Below are positions 13,615 to 24,815 of a stretch of 64,000 bases of DNA, piece after piece (positions within the stretch are counted from its first letter, which is position 1; each line of letters begins with the position of its first letter). The position numbers and the translations under genes were made by a program. The stretch covers positions 197,737,199 to 197,801,198 of the forward strand of contig NC_052146.1 in the NCBI RefSeq assembly GCF_902713615.1. The letters are read 5' to 3'. The notes beneath the pieces were generated by a model. The model did not search any database. It was given only the letters and a program-made list of their open reading frames with translations, and had not been told where the DNA came from. The DNA comes from Scyliorhinus canicula. Its lineage: Eukaryota.

Positions 13615-14628
13615 ATGCTACTGCCGATTTTAACCCCAGCTGTGCTCATTTCGGAAATACCTCACACTATTAGGTTATTCTTGAAAATAGTAGAAACCAC
13701 ATTCCCTTTTAAGCAGGGAGTCTTTTCTGAATTAGTTCAGTTAAAGAGCAGTATGTGTTAAAGGAAAGCAAATCTTGGTTCAGTGGTAACAGACCTGCCT
13801 CTAAGTAGTTGGCCCTCTGTTCAAACCCCAGTCCATGCAGGGACCCAACCCCCAGCTTAAATGTCAATGTGAGCCCAGCTACATTGGGCTAATTTATCCA
13901 GCAGTCCCTCAATTGCCCTGACGTCAGGCCTGTAAACTGGCTTGAGGCAGTTATTTCGCTCCTATCGGAGAGAAGGTCCCACCTCAGAGATCCATCAGCC
14001 AAACAAATGGTCAGCCTCTCTCTTATCCCAGCAGCAGCACCCAGAGCAGTGGCCATTGCTGGGATTGCAGGTGGTCCTCGAAGATGAGCAACATGGAGCC
14101 CTGATTCCCCTTGTGGAAGACACTAGAAGTAGGGCACACAGTTTAAAAATAAGGGGTCTCCCATTTAAGAAAAAGACAGGGAGAATTTTTTTCTCTGAGT
14201 GTCGTGAGTTTGTGGAATTCTTATTCCCAGAGCCGTAGTGGCGACTAGGGGCTTTTCACAGTAACTTCATTGAAGCCTACTCGTGACAATAAGCGATTTT
14301 CATTTTCAGAAGCAGGGTCGTCGAATATTTTCAAGCTAAATTAGTTAGATTCTTGACCGGTGAGGAAAGTGGAGTCGAGGCCACAATCAGATCAGCCAGG
14401 ATTTTACTGAATGGTAGAGCAGGCTTAAGGGGTTTGAACAGAGGACCAACTACTTAGAGGCAGGTCTGTTACCACTGAACCAAGATTTGCTTTCCTTTAA
14501 ATCTGAACTAATCCAGAAAGGACTCCCTGCTTAAAAGGGAATGTGATTTCTACTATTTTCAAGAATAACCTAATAGTGTGAGGTATTTCAGAAATGAGCA
14601 CAGCTGGGGTTAAAATCGGCAGTAGCAT
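13615..14628. repeat. ~200-bp inverted duplication (arms 13615-13829 and 14429-14628)
   Basis: Arms are near-identical reverse complements apart from a few substitutions and one ~17-bp indel. Confidence 0.95.
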
Positions 14629-14675
14629 GGGGTTAAAATGGCCTATGCCTGCTCCTAATTTATATCTTTGTATGT
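14095..14675 (+). mobile_element. CR1 3' fragment carrying a SINE tail and the inverted-duplication arm
   Basis: LIPLVEDTRSRAHSLKIRG; 3' UTR aatcagatcagcca...aatggcctatgcctgctcctaat. Confidence 0.7.
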
Positions 14676-15391
14676 ATCTGCATGCCACAGTTCAACTGGC
14701 TATAGAACATAAATGTTATTCACCCATCCTGCTCAACAGACATTACATCATATTAAAAAGTTGCAGAAATGTTACATCAATTGTATGACGGGTAGAGAAG
14801 TATTTGGAAACTGGATCCATTCCTTTTTTTTCTCTCTTGCCTAAACACATTGGGTATTTATATCCCAGCAATGACAATTTCCCTTTTAAACAAGGGAAAG
14901 TGAAAAAATGTGTGGCAAATACAATCTACACTGGAAAGAAAATTGCAGAATAGGTTAAAACAACAATGTCTTTTCACTGAATCATCTGAACTAGAAATAT
15001 GGTAGAGTTTACAGGCACCAGATGGAAATGTCTCAGATAAGAGCAATGCCAGATGCAGAGTTGCAGCACTGACATCTATTTCACAACCAAGATTTGAAAT
15101 ATTTAAAAAAAATTTTAAAAACAGCACCGGAATGAAATCCTGATTTTTCTTGCAGAATAAAGATCAAACTCGTCGACATGGAAATTGACCCATTAGCAAT
15201 TTCAAAACGTGAGAATTGATAATCTATTTAAATTTATGATGCAGAAAGTACTATAAACTGCACAGGTGAAAATTCGGATTGTGATCAAAACACGATTCTT
15301 ATAATGACGACTTCTTCTTAAATGGCACAAAAGGGTGCATACATTTATGCGGAATAGCAGGTGCACGCATTGTTGTAAAATCTCTTCCAAT

Positions 15392-15589
15392 AAAGGGGAG
15401 GCATGGAAGTAACAAATAAGGGTAGGAAAACTAATGGCGGGAGGGCCGGGTGGTGTGTTATTATAAGTCATGTTAGTTGGGGTTTTGTGTTTGGGGAGAA
15501 TGATGGTTATTTCGTTGCAGGTTCTGTTGGATGTTATTGTTGAAAAGTGTTAAAATTATAAATGCCGCAATAAAATATTTTCTAAAATC
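15392..15589 (+). mobile_element. Short 5'-truncated L1-like 3' UTR insertion
   Basis: AATAAA plus A-rich end; 14-bp TSD aaatctcttccaat at 15378-15391 and 15590-15603. Confidence 0.75.
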
Positions 15590-15779
15590 AAATCTCTTCC
15601 AATGCATATTGTCAAGAGCACGTTGATGTCACCTACGAGGTTTTCCCAACTTGGAACACCAGTTCATGAGGGAGTGTATTTTTATTTTGTTGTAAAGAGA
15701 CATGTGAAACTCCAGTTTCTCTCACGCACTTGAGATGAATTATTACGGTGGCGCACCTGACAAAGTCGAGGATGAGCCC

Positions 15780-16115
15780 GTTGTTTGAAGGAAAGAAGAT
15801 ATTTGTGAGTGGTGTGGGAGGGGCCCAGCTAATCACGTACATATGTTCTAGTCCTGCCCGAAGTTGCAGAAACTATGTTGGTCGGTCTTCAGCACCATGT
15901 CACTGGTCTTGCATGTGGATTTGGAGCCTGGTCTCCTGGGGGCAAAATAATGGGTTCCAAAGATGGGGTTTGTTTATTCTGCATTTCAAGGAGCCAGTTA
16001 CCATCAACTGTTTTGGGGGGGGGGGGGGGGGGGGGGGAGAGAATTATTTTGTTTTGTGCCGCAATGTTTTGTAAATGTTAAAATGTTAAAAACTTGAATA
16101 AAAATACTTTTAAAA
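15780..16115 (+). mobile_element. Old L1-like 3' end
   Basis: G-run, T-rich 3' UTR and AATAAA resembling the other L1 ends; 5' boundary uncertain. Confidence 0.5.
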
Positions 16116-16354
16116 GCCTTTCGATCTGGAGCTAAAGCCCGAGCCAAGTCTCAACCCAACCCGGAGTGAACTAAACCCAGTGCCAGGTCCACACTCAGCC
16201 GCTGCCAACATGTCCGACAAATGATCTACAAAATTTGGATTGTTTATGAGTTCACAATCAAAATTAAACAGATTCCTGGAATTATGGTGGCGGGATGTGC
16301 TGAGTGGACGCACAAAAAGTGGCTCTTCGAAGGAGTATTTCCGAAATATATTAC

Positions 16355-17070
16355 GGCTGGGGTGGAGGGGATGAGGCAATTTCTGGATCAGTTGAGGTTC
16401 CAGAGGGTGGAGGAGGACCTGGTGGAGGGGCTGGGTGCCCCAATTGAGGTTGAGGAAATAATCAAGGGGCTGGAGGACATGCAGTCGGGCAAGGCCCCGG
16501 GGCCTGACGGCTACCCGGTGGAATTCTATAAGAAGTTTTCAGTGATACTGAGCCCACTGCTGGTGAGGACATTTAATGAAGCAAGAGAGAAGGGAGTCCT
16601 CCCCCCCAACAATGTTGCAGACCTCGATTTCATTGATCCTGAAACGGGAGACGGATCAGGAGCAATGCTGGTCATACAGGCCAATTTCTCTACTGAATGT
16701 GGATGCTAAACTGCTGGCTAAGATACTGGCCACAAGGATAGATGACCTGTCCCGGGGTGATAGGGGAAGACCAGACGGGATTTGTTAAGGGCAGGCAACT
16801 CAAGGCCAATGTTTGAAGGCTTCTAAATGTTATTATGAATCTCTCAGGAGAAGAGGCGAAGATGGTGGTAGCGATGGATGTGGTTGCTCTATCAGGCACC
16901 AGTAACGAGCGTGCGTACGAACCGACTGAAGTTGGGGTATTTTAAACTACACCGAGGGACAAGGCAAGGGCACCCCCTCTCCCCGTTATTGTTTGCTCTG
17001 GCCATTGAACCATTGGCCATGGCGTTAAGAGCCTCTAGGAACTGGAAAGGACTGGTTGGCGCGGGGGGGA
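16355..17070 (+). mobile_element. Internal L1 ORF2 (RT) fragment, degenerate
   Basis: MQSGKAPGPDGYPVEFYK, SYRPISLLNVDAKLLAK, RGTRQGHPLSPLLFALAIEP; frameshifts and an internal deletion. Confidence 0.9.
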
Positions 17071-19277
17071 TAAATTTAAATTGCCAGCAGGGAAAGGTTT
17101 TAGGTGTTTGCAGGTGTGAGACTTCCTGAGAAAACAGGTTCCGGCTTTTCCGCTGCTGCCGCAACGGGGATACAGAGTAGAGTAGTTTACAGTACCTGGC
17201 GCTGCCTTGCCGCTAAAATTTAGAACACTTGTTTGCTGTAAACGTAACCTTCAAGCTTGGCAGAGTTAACCGTCAGGTTTGGTGGCTGGAAACTGGCGTG
17301 TCCGCTTTCTGAGACTGCAATGTGGGAACTGCCTCCTGGCTTTTCAGGATCAGGGCAGTTATACCTTCATTGTTCTTTGATTACGCCTTGTGTATTTGAC
17401 TGTCCCCATCAAAACCTTCCTTGACTAAACATCAACATTTGTATATATCAGGGACCTTCCCAATCGTCTACAATCTGTTTCTCTTCCATAAACTATTCAC
17501 ATTTTATTATCTAAACTGCCGTAATAAACTCATTACCGGAGACATGCATATCGATTGAGTACTGCCGACTGCTGCCTCCAGGAGAATTCATGACAATATC
17601 TCAAACAGCCCTGCATCACTATCCCATTGCAAGCAACAACAGGCATTTCCGTAGCGCATAAAGGAAGATATCACAAAACACTTTACTTTGAGGATATGTC
17701 GAGCAGGACTGAAAAAAAGAACACATTGGGTGGAAGGCATGGTCAAGAAACCTGCAGAATGGACCACTGCAAAAAAGGAATGAAGGTAGCAGGACAGATT
17801 AGACAGACAGTGGGTAGTAGCTGAACAAGCAGCCACTGGAGGAAATAAGTGGGAGTTTGCATTCACGAAAGAGACACACCCTGGATATAAACCATTACAC
17901 AAAAGATTGATCCAGTTGTATTATAAACTATAGTGAGAAATTATATTGCAAACCAAGTACAGCATCACCATATAAAAATGCCTCAGCACCAGCAAGATCG
18001 TGTGGCATAAGATTCTCATATTTTTGGAGGGCTCTATAATTCAGCAGTCTCCAACTCAGCATACAAAGTAACAAAGTATACCATGGTCAAACTAGAGAGC
18101 TGAGTATTTAAATCATATTTAACTCTCCGCATTGAAAGTGAGTAATTGGGAGAGAATTGCTGAAGTGTATTTTATATGGCTGATACAGCACATTCTTAAT
18201 TGTTATCTCATCATGCTTTGTAATATCTGACAGGTGGAGTAGGAATCATACCTGTCTTAACTCCCTAAACCGAGGGAAAAAATCCTTTTAGCCTACAGAC
18301 AATAATCAATTTAATAAAGCTTAAAGTCATTTAATCATAGGAAATATTGAGTGGGAGAAATTGAAATAACTGGGGATTACTGAGGCTTTAAACAGCTGTT
18401 TCATGGAGGTGACTGATCCAGAAAATAACTCTTGAGAATGAGAATGTGGAATTATCATTTGAGCCCTCCCTAAAGCTAACCGTTAATCACAATGTATTTG
18501 ACATTTTGCCTTTGACTCTTCATTCCATGATTTGCTGACAAATAGGAATCCCATCACCAATTTCTTCAAAATCTCGGTTGTTTTAACTGTAACAGCTTTT
18601 AATATGTATTCCAAATCATTAATCAGGACTGATAAATTGAAAATCTCTCTCCTTTTAGATGCAGAAAGACCTGCTGCATGCTTGTTTATTTTGGTATTTA
18701 GTTATTCCTGTGTGTATGCCAATTTTAAAAAATAATTAAATTTCCATTCACTCAACAAAGCTTAGAACTGACAATCCTTAACTACTTAATGTAGTAGAAA
18801 AATACAGAGTTGGCTTTGACATCAAATATAACAAATGGGTCACTGCAAACGGTTTACTGGAGAGGGCTATACTGTGGAATTCCCCCAATATTCAGTACTG
18901 GGACCATTGATGACTTAGGGTACAGGGCATAATTTTGAAATTTATAGATGACATACAAGTTTGGAAGTGTATTAAAATCTGAAGATACTACACACGAGCA
19001 TCCCAAGAACACAAGAATTAGGAACAGGAATAGGCTATTTTGCCCCTTGAGCCTGTTCCCATATTTGCTAAGGTCATGACTGCACGGATTATGCCTCAAC
19101 TGCACTTTCATGCCTACCCGCATAGCTTTAGACTCCCTCATCAATCAAACATCTAACTCAGCTTTGAATATATTCAATGGCACAGCTTGCACGGCTCTCC
19201 GTGGAAGAGAAATCCACAGACCAACAACCCTCATAAAAATTTTTTGCCACATCTCAGTCTGAATGACGATAACGTAC

Positions 19278-19692
19278 AGCCAGGTAGCAGTGGTTAGCAC
19301 TGTTGCTTCACAGTGCCAGGGACCCAGGTTCAATTCCGGGCTTGAGTTACTGTCTGGGCAGAGTCTGCATGTTTTCCCAGTTTCTGTGTGGGTTTCCTCC
19401 GGGTGCTCCGGTTTCCTCCCAAAGTCCGGAAAGACGTGCTTGTTCGGTGAATTGGGCATTCTGAATTCTCCTTCAATGTACCTGAACAGACACTGGAGTG
19501 TGGTGACTGGGGGATTTTCACCTACTTCATTGCACCGTTAATGTTCGCCTACTTAATAATAATCTTTAATATTGTCACAAGCAGGCTTACATTAACACTG
19601 CAATAAAGTTACTGTGAAAATCCCATAGTCGCCATTCTCCGGCGCCTGTCGGGGTACAGAGAGGTACTTGTGACACAAATAAAGGTTATTAT
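19278..19692 (+). mobile_element. V-SINE-headed SINE with (TTA)n tail and an inverted SINE tail inserted at 19555-19664
   Basis: tactt duplicated on both sides of the inverted insert; the SINE sits in CR1 remnants spanning ~19000-20070. Confidence 0.8.
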
Positions 19693-20317
19693 GAGACCTC
19701 TAATTTTGAAGCTGTGTCCCCTATCTCTAGACTCCCCCCACAAGACAAAACAGTTTCAAAATTCACCCTATGAAGAGCTCTCAAGGTCTTCTGTGTTTCA
19801 ATAAGATCAGCTCTCATTCTTCAGAACAGTGTAGCCCAATCAGTTCAATCTTTGCTCACAAGATAACCATTTCATTCCAGGAATCAGTTGAGCGTATCTT
19901 CTTTGAACAGCTACTAATATAATTATATATTTTCTTAAGCAAGGGGACCAAAACTATAAACAGAACTCTCGGTGCAGTCTTACTATGAAGCCCTGTGCCT
20001 ACATCACTTTTATACTCGATAACATCAACATTCTATTCACCTTCCTAATCACTTGCTGCACCTGCATACAAAATAATACTTTCTTATAATGGATTTCAAG
20101 AAGACATAGGTAGCCTGGAGGAATTGGTGGGCACATTGCAGAAAAGTATGCGTGATACATTTTGGCAGAAAGAATCAAATGTGTCAAAATGTGCTAAATA
20201 ACACAATTTTGAATGGACTGGGTGACGAGAAAACTCCTGGGACTGCTCGTGCACAAATCTTTGAAAGTGGCAGGCAGGATAATGGAGCATATGGAATCTT
20301 GGACTTTCTAAACTTCA

Positions 20318-20490
20318 GGGGCTAGTTTAGCTCACAAGGCTAAATCGCTGTCTTTTAAAGCAGGCCAGCAGCACGGTTCGATTCCTGTACCAGCCTCCCC
20401 GGACAAGCGCCAGAATGTGGCGACTAGGGGCTTTTCACAGTAACTTCATTGAAGCCTACTCGTGACAATAAGCGATTTTCATTTCATTTC
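20318..20490 (+). mobile_element. Young (TTTCA)n-tailed SINE
   Basis: Same family as 3619. Confidence 0.9.
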
Positions 20491-21258
20491 AAAATGCAGG
20501 AAGTTATGCCTTTATGACTGGTCGCCTTCAAAGCTCTTCAACAACTTTATGACCGAGGAATCAGTATTCATTATCCAAATCTGGATGTTTTCTTTTCAGA
20601 TGTCCAGTTATGCTTTTACCTTTGCTATTCTTATCTTTTAAATTATTACCAAAGCCCCCTTGCCATTCTTTGCCAGAACCTTACATCATCCAAGCCACCA
20701 GGGCCACACTTCTTCTGACCTCATAACAAACGTAACATGTTAGGATTAACAGTTGTTTGAGGAAGAAGGTCCTGTTGTCCACAGAGTGTTCCCAACTTAT
20801 TCCCAAAAGGCCTGACTATATTTGTGTCCCCCTGGTCTTAGATTCCCCAACCAACAGAAATCATTTTTATCTCTCGCAATCCAATCTGTTTCCCCTAACC
20901 TCTGTAAAATTGCGATCAGTTTAGAATCTAATTTTCTAAATTCCAGAGAATACAAAATTAGCTTGTGTAATAACCTGGTAAATTAACCCTTGTTGGAGTC
21001 CTGATATAATTTCAGAAAATCTGTACTGTCTTCTCTCCAAAGCCGACATATACTGAGGTATGTTGTTCAGTATTGATTATGGAACTTTAGTTATAATTTA
21101 ACTAGTCGGGACTTCCGGTTGCGGCTATGACCAGCTAAGTCGCACGTTTGGCGGCTCCTGCTACAAAGGTGTTTTCGGGCCGATTGGAGGGCCCCAACGG
21201 CGCTGTAAGGACAAATCCCGGTGGGGGAAGGCTCCCTGAGGAGAACCAGACCAACTTT

Positions 21259-22104
21259 ATGGTCGGTACCCGGAGTGGGGTGGTAAAAAAAGCAACAGCA
21301 GCTCCCCAAAAAAAGCGGGGGAAGAAAACCAAAATGGCGGCCGGTGGCGCACCCGAGGAATGGAGGAAATGGGCGGAGGAGCAGCAGGCCGCTCTCCTGC
21401 GCTTCTTTACGGAGCTGAAAATGGAGCTCTTGGAGTCAATGAATGCGACGACCACCAGGCTGATGGGAGCCCAGGCGACCCAAGAGGCGTCGATTCGGGA
21501 GCTGCAGCAGGAGATGACTGTGAGGGAGGAGGAGGCCACGGTCCTCGTGGGAAAGGTAGAGGTGCACGAGGCACTCCACCTGAAATGGCAGAGCCGTTTT
21601 GAGGAGCTGGATACCCGAATGAGGCGGAAGAATCTGAGGATCTTGGGCCTGGCAGAAGGCCTGGAGGGGTCAGACCTCCCGGGATACGTAGCAGAAATGC
21701 TGAGCTCCCTGATGGGGGCAGGGGCCGTCCCTTCGCCCCTGGAGCTGGAAGAGGCCTACAGGGTCATGGCTAGGAAGCCAAGAGCAAATGAGCCCCCGAG
21801 GGCGGTGCTGGTGAGGTTCCAGCGACTCAGCGATCGTGAGAAAGTGCTGGAGTGGGCCAAGAGGGAAAGGAGCAGTAAGTGGGAGAATTCGACGGTGAGG
21901 GTCTACCAGGACTGGAGTGCGGAGGTGGCTAAGCGGCGGGCCCGGTACAACCGGACGAAGGCGGTGCTACATGCAAAAAGGATCAGGTTCGGAATGCTGC
22001 AGCCAGCACGCTTGTGGGTCACATACAGGAACCAACACCACTATTTTGAGTCCCCAGAGGAGGCGTGGGCCTTTGTACAGGAAGAGAAACTGGACTCGAA
22101 TTAG
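21259..22104 (+). CDS. L1 ORF1p (coiled coil, RRM, CTD), 281 aa from the first ATG
   Basis: Uninterrupted; RRKNLRILGLAEG, LEEAYR, PRAVLVRF, VYQDWS, PARLWVT motifs of L1 ORF1. Confidence 0.93.
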   Translation: MVGTRSGVVKKATAAPQKKRGKKTKMAAGGAPEEWRKWAEEQQAALLRFFTELKMELLESMNATTTRLMGAQATQEASIRELQQEMTVREEEATVLVGKVEVHEALHLKWQSRFEELDTRMRRKNLRILGLAEGLEGSDLPGYVAEMLSSLMGAGAVPSPLELEEAYRVMARKPRANEPPRAVLVRFQRLSDREKVLEWAKRERSSKWENSTVRVYQDWSAEVAKRRARYNRTKAVLHAKRIRFGMLQPARLWVTYRNQHHYFESPEEAWAFVQEEKLDSN

Positions 22105-22204
22105 ACCCAGGGGGTACTTGGCGGCCGTAGCCGCTCGGGTACTTTCAGCTGAACAAGCGGTTCTTTTTTTTTTCGGCTGGGTCGGAACTGGGCAACTCTT
22201 ATTG

Positions 22205-24056
22205 GAACATAGAACATAGAACATAGAACGATACAGCGCAGTACAGGCCCTTCGGCCCTCGATGTTGCACCAACATGGAAAAAATCTAAAGGCCATCTAA
22301 CCTACACTATGCCCTTATCATCCATATGCTTATCCAATAAATTTTTAAATGCCCTCAATGTTGGCGAGTTCACTACTGTTGCAGGTAGGGCATTCCACGG
22401 CCTCACCACTCTTTGCGTAAAAAACCCACCTCTGACCTCTGTCCTATATCTATTACCCCTCAATTTAAGGCTATGTCCCCTCGTGCTAGCCACCTCCATC
22501 CGCGGGAGAAGGCTCTCGCTGTCCACCCTATCTAACCCTCTGATCATTTTGTATGCCTCTATTAAGTCACCTCTTAACCTTCTTCTCTCTAACGAAAACA
22601 ACCTCAAGTCCATCAGCCTTTCCTCATAAGATTTTCCCTCCATACCAGGCAACATCCTGGTAAATCTCCTCTGCACCCGTTCCAAAGCTTCCACGTCCTT
22701 CCTATAATGAGGCGACCAGAACTGTACGCAATACTCCAAATGCGGCCGTACTAGAGTTTTGTACAACTGCAACATGACCTCATGGCTCCGGAACTCAATC
22801 CCTCTACCAATAAAGGCCAACACACCATAGGCCTTCTTCACAACCCTATCAACCTGGGTGGCAACTTTCAGGGATCTATGTACATGGACACCGAGATCCC
22901 TCTGCTCATCCACACTACCAAGAATTTTACCATTAGCCAAATATTCCGCATTTCTGTTATTCTTTCCAAAGTGAATCACCTCACACTTCTCCACATTAAA
23001 CTCCATTTGCCACCTCTCAGCCCAGCTCTGCAGCTTATCTATGTCCCTCTGTAACCTGCAACATCCTTCCGCACTGTCTACAACTCCACCGACTTTAGTG
23101 TCGTCTGCAAATTTACTCACCCAACCTTCTGCGCCCTCCTCTAGGTCATTTATAAAAATGACAAACAGCAACGGCCCCAGAACAGATCCTTGTGGTACGC
23201 CACTCGTAACTGAACTCCATTCTGAACATTTCCCATCAACTACCATTCTCTGTCTTCTTTCAACTAGCCAATTTCTGATCCACATCTCTAAATCACCCTC
23301 AATCCCCAGCCTCCGTATTTTCTGCAATAGACGACCGTGGGGAACCTTATCAAACGCTTTACTGAAATCCATATACACCACATCAACTGCTCTACCCTCG
23401 TCTACCTGTTCAGTCACCTTCTCAAAGAACTCGATAAGGTTTGTGAGGCATGACCTACCCTTCACAAAACCATGCTGACTGTCCCTAATCATATTATTCC
23501 TATCTAGATGATTATAAATTGTATCTTTTATAATCCTCTCCAAGACTTTACCCACCACAGACGTTAGGCTCACCGGCCTATAGTTACCGGGGTTATCTCT
23601 ACTCCCCTTCTTGAACAAAGGGACCACATTTGCTATCCTCCAGTCCTCTGGCACTATTCCTGTAGCCAATGATGACCTAAAAATCAAAGCCAAAGGCTCA
23701 GCAATCTCTTCCCTGGCTTCCCAGAGAATCCTAGGATAAATCCCATCTGGCCCCGGGGACTTATCTATTTTCACCTTGTCCAGAATTGCCAACACTTCTT
23801 CCCTACGCACCTCAATGCCATCTATTCTAATAGCCTGGGTCTCAGCATTCTCCTCCACAATATTATCTTTTTCTTGAGTGAATACTGACGAAAAGTATTC
23901 ATTTAGTATCTCGCTTATCTCCTCAGCCTCCACACACAACTTCCCACCACTGTCCTTGACTGGCCCTACTCTTACCCTAGTCATTCTTTTATTCCTGACA
24001 TACCTATAGAAAGCTTTTGGGTTTTCCTTGATCCTACCTGCCAAAGACTTCTCATG
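22205..24056 (-). mobile_element. Young 5'-truncated CR1 LINE in the L1 inter-ORF spacer
   Basis: (TTCTATG)n 3' terminus at 22205-22229; uninterrupted ORF2 segment; only tgg microhomology at the junctions. Confidence 0.95.
22302..24044 (-). CDS. CR1 ORF2 reverse transcriptase plus C-terminus (no endonuclease, no native start)
   Basis: 580 aa open: [50 protein letters not shown]. Confidence 0.93.
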   Translation of the reverse strand: MAGRIKENPKAFYRYVRNKRMTRVRVGPVKDSGGKLCVEAEEISEILNEYFSSVFTQEKDNIVEENAETQAIRIDGIEVRREEVLAILDKVKIDKSPGPDGIYPRILWEAREEIAEPLALIFRSSLATGIVPEDWRIANVVPLFKKGSRDNPGNYRPVSLTSVVGKVLERIIKDTIYNHLDRNNMIRDSQHGFVKGRSCLTNLIEFFEKVTEQVDEGRAVDVVYMDFSKAFDKVPHGRLLQKIRRLGIEGDLEMWIRNWLVERRQRMVVDGKCSEWSSVTSGVPQGSVLGPLLFVIFINDLEEGAEGWVSKFADDTKVGGVVDSAEGCCRLQRDIDKLQSWAERWQMEFNVEKCEVIHFGKNNRNAEYLANGKILGSVDEQRDLGVHVHRSLKVATQVDRVVKKAYGVLAFIGRGIEFRSHEVMLQLYKTLVRPHLEYCVQFWSPHYRKDVEALERVQRRFTRMLPGMEGKSYEERLMDLRLFSLERRRLRGDLIEAYKMIRGLDRVDSESLLPRMEVASTRGHSLKLRGNRYRTEVRGGFFTQRVVRPWNALPATVVNSPTLRAFKNLLDKHMDDKGIV

Positions 24057-24815
24057 GTTTCCTTTTTTTTTCTTCTTCTTTCCTTGTTTGGATCTTGAAC
24101 TCTTGCTTTGGGTGTTTCTTCTGATGTTTTTTCCCCCCTTTTGCCAACTTCCCTTAGTTATTGTTATTGTGGTTATTCATGGTTATTTATGGTTATTTAT
24201 ACTGTTTGGTAGAGGGCGACTGTTAAGTACATTGTTATTTGTTATCTATCTGTTATTTATAATGTTAAGTTGGGGAGGCGGGACGGGGGGGAGAGCAGAT
24301 CGGGGATATGGGCTCCTAGGGGGGGTTCTTTACAGGCATGGACGGGGACGGGGGTGGAACTGAAGATGGCGGGGTGGGGTGTGGCAGGGTGAAAGCGCGG
24401 GCTTTCCTCTGTTTTCCCGCGCGCGGGGCAGAGGAGGGGGGAGGGGAGGAGTGCGGGGCGTGGCTAGCAATGGCGACCTTTCCCGCGTTGGAGCGGGGCC
24501 AGGGAGGAGTGGCAAGGGGGGGGAGGCCCCCCCCCCCCCCCCCCCGAGCCGGGGGGAGTCGGAGTGTGGCAGGAGCAGCCGGGTCAGCGCAAACCAGCTG
24601 ACTTATGGGAGTACGATGGAGGGTACATCGCGGCTAGGAGGGGTCCTAGCCTGGGGGGGGGGGGGGGGGGGGGGGGGGTAGGGAGGGACACCGGGTTGCT
24701 GCTGAAAAGACCAGAAACGGGAAGTGGAGGACTGGAGAGGTGGGGGGAGGGGGCCATCGCCATGGGGAGCGGGTCAGAAGGGGAGGGTCGACCCGAGGCG
24801 AGCAGGGAACGGGAC

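Noticed and set aside
21091-21539. Antisense ORFs over the L1 5' end (ORF0-like?)
   Set aside because: Expected in GC-rich sequence opposite ORF1; no convincing start context or splice donor seen
22302-24044. CR1 RT as a domesticated or exonised host exon (same strand as RALGAPA2)
   Set aside because: Upstream gene-strand sequence is purine-rich with no acceptor, and the junction ATG is out of frame; intactness is explained by young age
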